In this document: positions 56,968 to 59,078 of the stretch, one piece after another | How the letters are laid out: the number at the start of each line of letters is the position of its first letter | Numbering within the stretch: the stretch's first letter is position 1 | Origin: an uncultured Candidatus Bathyarchaeia archaeon | GTDB lineage: Archaea; Thermoproteota; Bathyarchaeia; 40CM-2-53-6; JALHTG01 | Length of the DNA stretch: 59,078 nucleotides | Direction: 5' to 3' | Assembly: GCA_964631575.1 (NCBI GenBank) | Contig: CAZVYD010000003.1 | Coordinates: 1-59,078, forward strand | Program-made: the position numbers and the translations under genes | The notes under the pieces: model-generated | Told to the model about the DNA's origin: nothing | The model's input: only the letters and a program-made list of their open reading frames with translations | Databases searched by the model: none

Positions 56968-57831
56968 TTAGAGGCGGAGTGTTCGTTGCAGAAAGACGGT
57001 GATGAACATGAGTCCCAAACCGCATATTAGTGAGAGGGGAAGTCCGGGAAAGGTGCTTCTTTTCTCAAGCATCTTGAAACCTAGAAAGGTGCCGATAACG
57101 ATTCCGATAGAAGCTGACACATATGGAATAAAGCCGAACGAGAGCATCGTATGACTCGCAAGCATAGAGTAGAAAACAAGGTCACCTAGTCCGACAGTCA
57201 GTTCTCCGAATGTCAAAGTTGCACCTGAGAGATTCTCAAGGTCTACCTTTTCAGCAATCTTCCCGATAGGTCCCTTGAAGACCGCCAATATGTCGTAACC
57301 AGCCAATCCTAGTAGAAGGACAATCGTCGTAAGCGTCGGTATAGACGCCCCCAGAAATGTACCTAGCATCGCGCCTAGAAGAGTCATTGAGGCTAGGTGT
57401 GCCATGCCTCTAGTGCGGTTAATTGCGTACGCCAAGATGGTCGTCAGAACTAGGGCGGATACGATGACGGCATCGGTGGCAAATTGCGCCGGAATCCTAA
57501 GGATCTCGAAGAACGCCGCCAAATACCAGTTCGACAGCATGAAGAGGACTACGATGGTTGCTAGCCTGAGGATCATCCTGAAGATCCTCTCCAAGCCGTG
57601 TTTCACGAGCAGATACATGATGGTTGCGATCGCTGCCATAATTACGACGAACATTGCCATGTTGAGGGTTGCACCTGACGATGTTTCTGGGAATGCTGTT
57701 ATGACCTCGACCTCGATTTTCGACTCTAGAATCCCGACAGCAAGGATGCCGGCTACGATCAAAGTCCACATCTCGGGGAGTAAATGACTAGCCGTGGCTC
57801 TAAACTTCTCTTCCAATCTTCTTTCCAGCAT
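56968..57831 (-). CDS. presenilin/SPP-like GxGD intramembrane aspartyl protease
   Basis: YDILAVF.GP, GLGDLVFYSML and PGLP (PAL-equivalent); about nine TM helices. Confidence 0.88.
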   Translation of the reverse strand: MLERRLEEKFRATASHLLPEMWTLIVAGILAVGILESKIEVEVITAFPETSSGATLNMAMFVVIMAAIATIMYLLVKHGLERIFRMILRLATIVVLFMLSNWYLAAFFEILRIPAQFATDAVIVSALVLTTILAYAINRTRGMAHLASMTLLGAMLGTFLGASIPTLTTIVLLLGLAGYDILAVFKGPIGKIAEKVDLENLSGATLTFGELTVGLGDLVFYSMLASHTMLSFGFIPYVSASIGIVIGTFLGFKMLEKRSTFPGLPLSLICGLGLMFITVFLQRTLRL

Positions 57832-58384
57832 TTATCGAGCAGTTCCGACAGAACCGCTCATTCTTCAAGTCTGTGTCTTTTATGCTATTCGAGAAATGCA
57901 TGACGCAGGACGGATCCACGCAATGTTCGAGGCCGAGCGTGTGACCGAGCTCATGAACAGCCTCCTTAACCATCCTAGACTGAAGGAGGTTGTCGCCGTC
58001 TGTTGTTCCTTCCGCGGCTTTCAGCCTGTAAGTAGATATCACGGCAACCCTGTCAAATGCTTGGCCAAAGACGTAGTTCAACCCGGGCGCAAAGAGATCC
58101 TCGCCGGTGATACCTAGAATCCTCGCATCATGGTCCTCGGGAAGGATTCGCAGCAGACTTGAAAGAAAACGCGCTGCTAGAAATTGTTGTCTCGAGGGCG
58201 CGAAGGAGTTGTCAGGAATCGTTTCTGCGTTGACTACTCTCACTTGAACGCCCATGAGTTGCTGCAGTCTGTCCCTCAAGTCTTTCAGCTTGTTGAGATC
58301 GGCATCTCCGAAAGGCACTATCACCACATTGATAGGATTGTCAGATCTCGACAATTTGTCCCGTCCTTGGAGCTTCGGCATCAA
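57800..58384 (-). CDS. amzA: archaemetzincin zinc metalloprotease
   Basis: DLF..GLNYVFG.A, KEAVHELGHTLGLEHC...CVM.FSNS..DTD.K...FC..C. Confidence 0.93.
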   Translation of the reverse strand: MMPKLQGRDKLSRSDNPINVVIVPFGDADLNKLKDLRDRLQQLMGVQVRVVNAETIPDNSFAPSRQQFLAARFLSSLLRILPEDHDARILGITGEDLFAPGLNYVFGQAFDRVAVISTYRLKAAEGTTDGDNLLQSRMVKEAVHELGHTLGLEHCVDPSCVMHFSNSIKDTDLKNERFCRNCSINAGKKIGREV

Positions 58385-59078
58385 GGCCAGCCTCCTTAGC
58401 CCATGACGCTAGTTTGCCGCAATTTCCCTCGGCTCCGTGGACCACAAGTATCTTGGTTTTCCCATTGATCTTCGACAAGGTCTCCCTGAGCTCATTTCTA
58501 CCGCAGTGAGAAGAAAAGTCGAACTTCTGAACGGGGGCGTCCACCTTTCTCATCTTTCCGTGAAGCATGAATTGTCCCTTCTCCTGTAGAAGCCTTCCGG
58601 GCGTCCCTGGAATTTGGTAGCTGACCAGAAAGATCGCGTTTCTGCTATTGGTTGCAACGGATTCCATGTAGAAGACTGAGGCTCCTCCTTTCAGCATTCC
58701 CGCCGGGGAAACGATTACGGAAGGTGTCTTTGCTGCTCTTCTCCTGTCTTGCCACTTTTCTATCCACTCGGCTCGACGTATGGCTCTGGAAAAAAGATCT
58801 GGGTCTCTGAGTGAATCCGGATGGTCGGCTAAGATTCGATTTGTCTTCAAAGCCATTCCATCCACAAAGACAGGATGATCAAAGTGGTATGCTTCAAGAA
58901 CGCAGAGTATCTCTTGCGATCTTCCAACACCGAAAGCTGGAACGAGAACCGTGCCCCGATCCTCAACTACTTCTGTTGCCTTTTCAATGAATTCCTGCTC
59001 CATTCTCCTTCTATCGGGATGATCCTCCTCGGCGTAAGTGGACTCAATGATCACAGCATCTAGATCTCCGTAATCTTG
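58341..59078 (-). CDS. MBL-fold beta-CASP ribonuclease, 5'-truncated by the window edge
   Basis: IIESTY, PAFGVGRSQE, AGMLKGG, YQ.PGTPGR, DFSSH and VVHG motifs. Confidence 0.9.
   Translation of the reverse strand, partial: QDYGDLDAVIIESTYAEEDHPDRRRMEQEFIEKATEVVEDRGTVLVPAFGVGRSQEILCVLEAYHFDHPVFVDGMALKTNRILADHPDSLRDPDLFSRAIRRAEWIEKWQDRRRAAKTPSVIVSPAGMLKGGASVFYMESVATNSRNAIFLVSYQIPGTPGRLLQEKGQFMLHGKMRKVDAPVQKFDFSSHCGRNELRETLSKINGKTKILVVHGAEGNCGKLASWAKEAGLDAEAPRTGQIVEI

Noticed and set aside
56968-57831. Prepilin peptidase (PibD/ArlK) for the pilus locus
   Set aside because: Its motifs (YD...GLGD...PGLP) are presenilin/SPP-type, and it lies about 39 kb from the pilins.
333-59063. Many 60-175 aa ORFs antisense to or nested in confident genes (e.g. 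5679..6194, 13847..14332, 35295..35819, 52137..52646, 54035..54523)
   Set aside because: These are shadow ORFs with no motifs that overlap well-supported genes.
1-59078. CRISPR array, cas genes, transposases or integrase
   Set aside because: I saw no regularly spaced repeats and no recognisable Cas, transposase or recombinase motifs in the ORF track.

Overview
Archaeal chromosomal window of roughly 50% GC. Gene content points to a TACK lineage, most likely Bathyarchaeia (inferred from intron-containing tRNAs, CTP-dependent RibK, aRF1, DUF3227/TackOD1 domains and frequent TTG/GTG starts). Housekeeping blocks lie at both ends: tRNA-Lys, dph5, ribL, ribK, nfi and translin on the left; prf1, pyrH, MoeB/ThiF, LipS1-like radical SAM, presenilin-like protease, archaemetzincin and a beta-CASP nuclease on the right. 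Between them is a roughly 42 kb cell-surface and signalling region. It holds (i) a KaiC-like ATPase and five dispersed paralogues of one small helical DUF3227/NitrOD5-like domain around a type IV pilus locus with a GT-C glycosyltransferase; (ii) a candidate exopolysaccharide operon of wecB, an archaeosortase-like membrane protein lacking the catalytic Cys, a processive GT2 synthase and two bactofilin-like beta-helix proteins, near secreted (alpha/alpha)6-barrel proteins and a cupin PGI fusion; (iii) two convergent, divergent CdvA-like genes, one membrane-anchored, flanked by two regulators sharing a degenerate Mrr-like domain; and (iv) five large surface proteins in two paralogue families. I saw no CRISPR array, transposase or integrase. 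All assignments come from motif recognition by eye; no searches were run.
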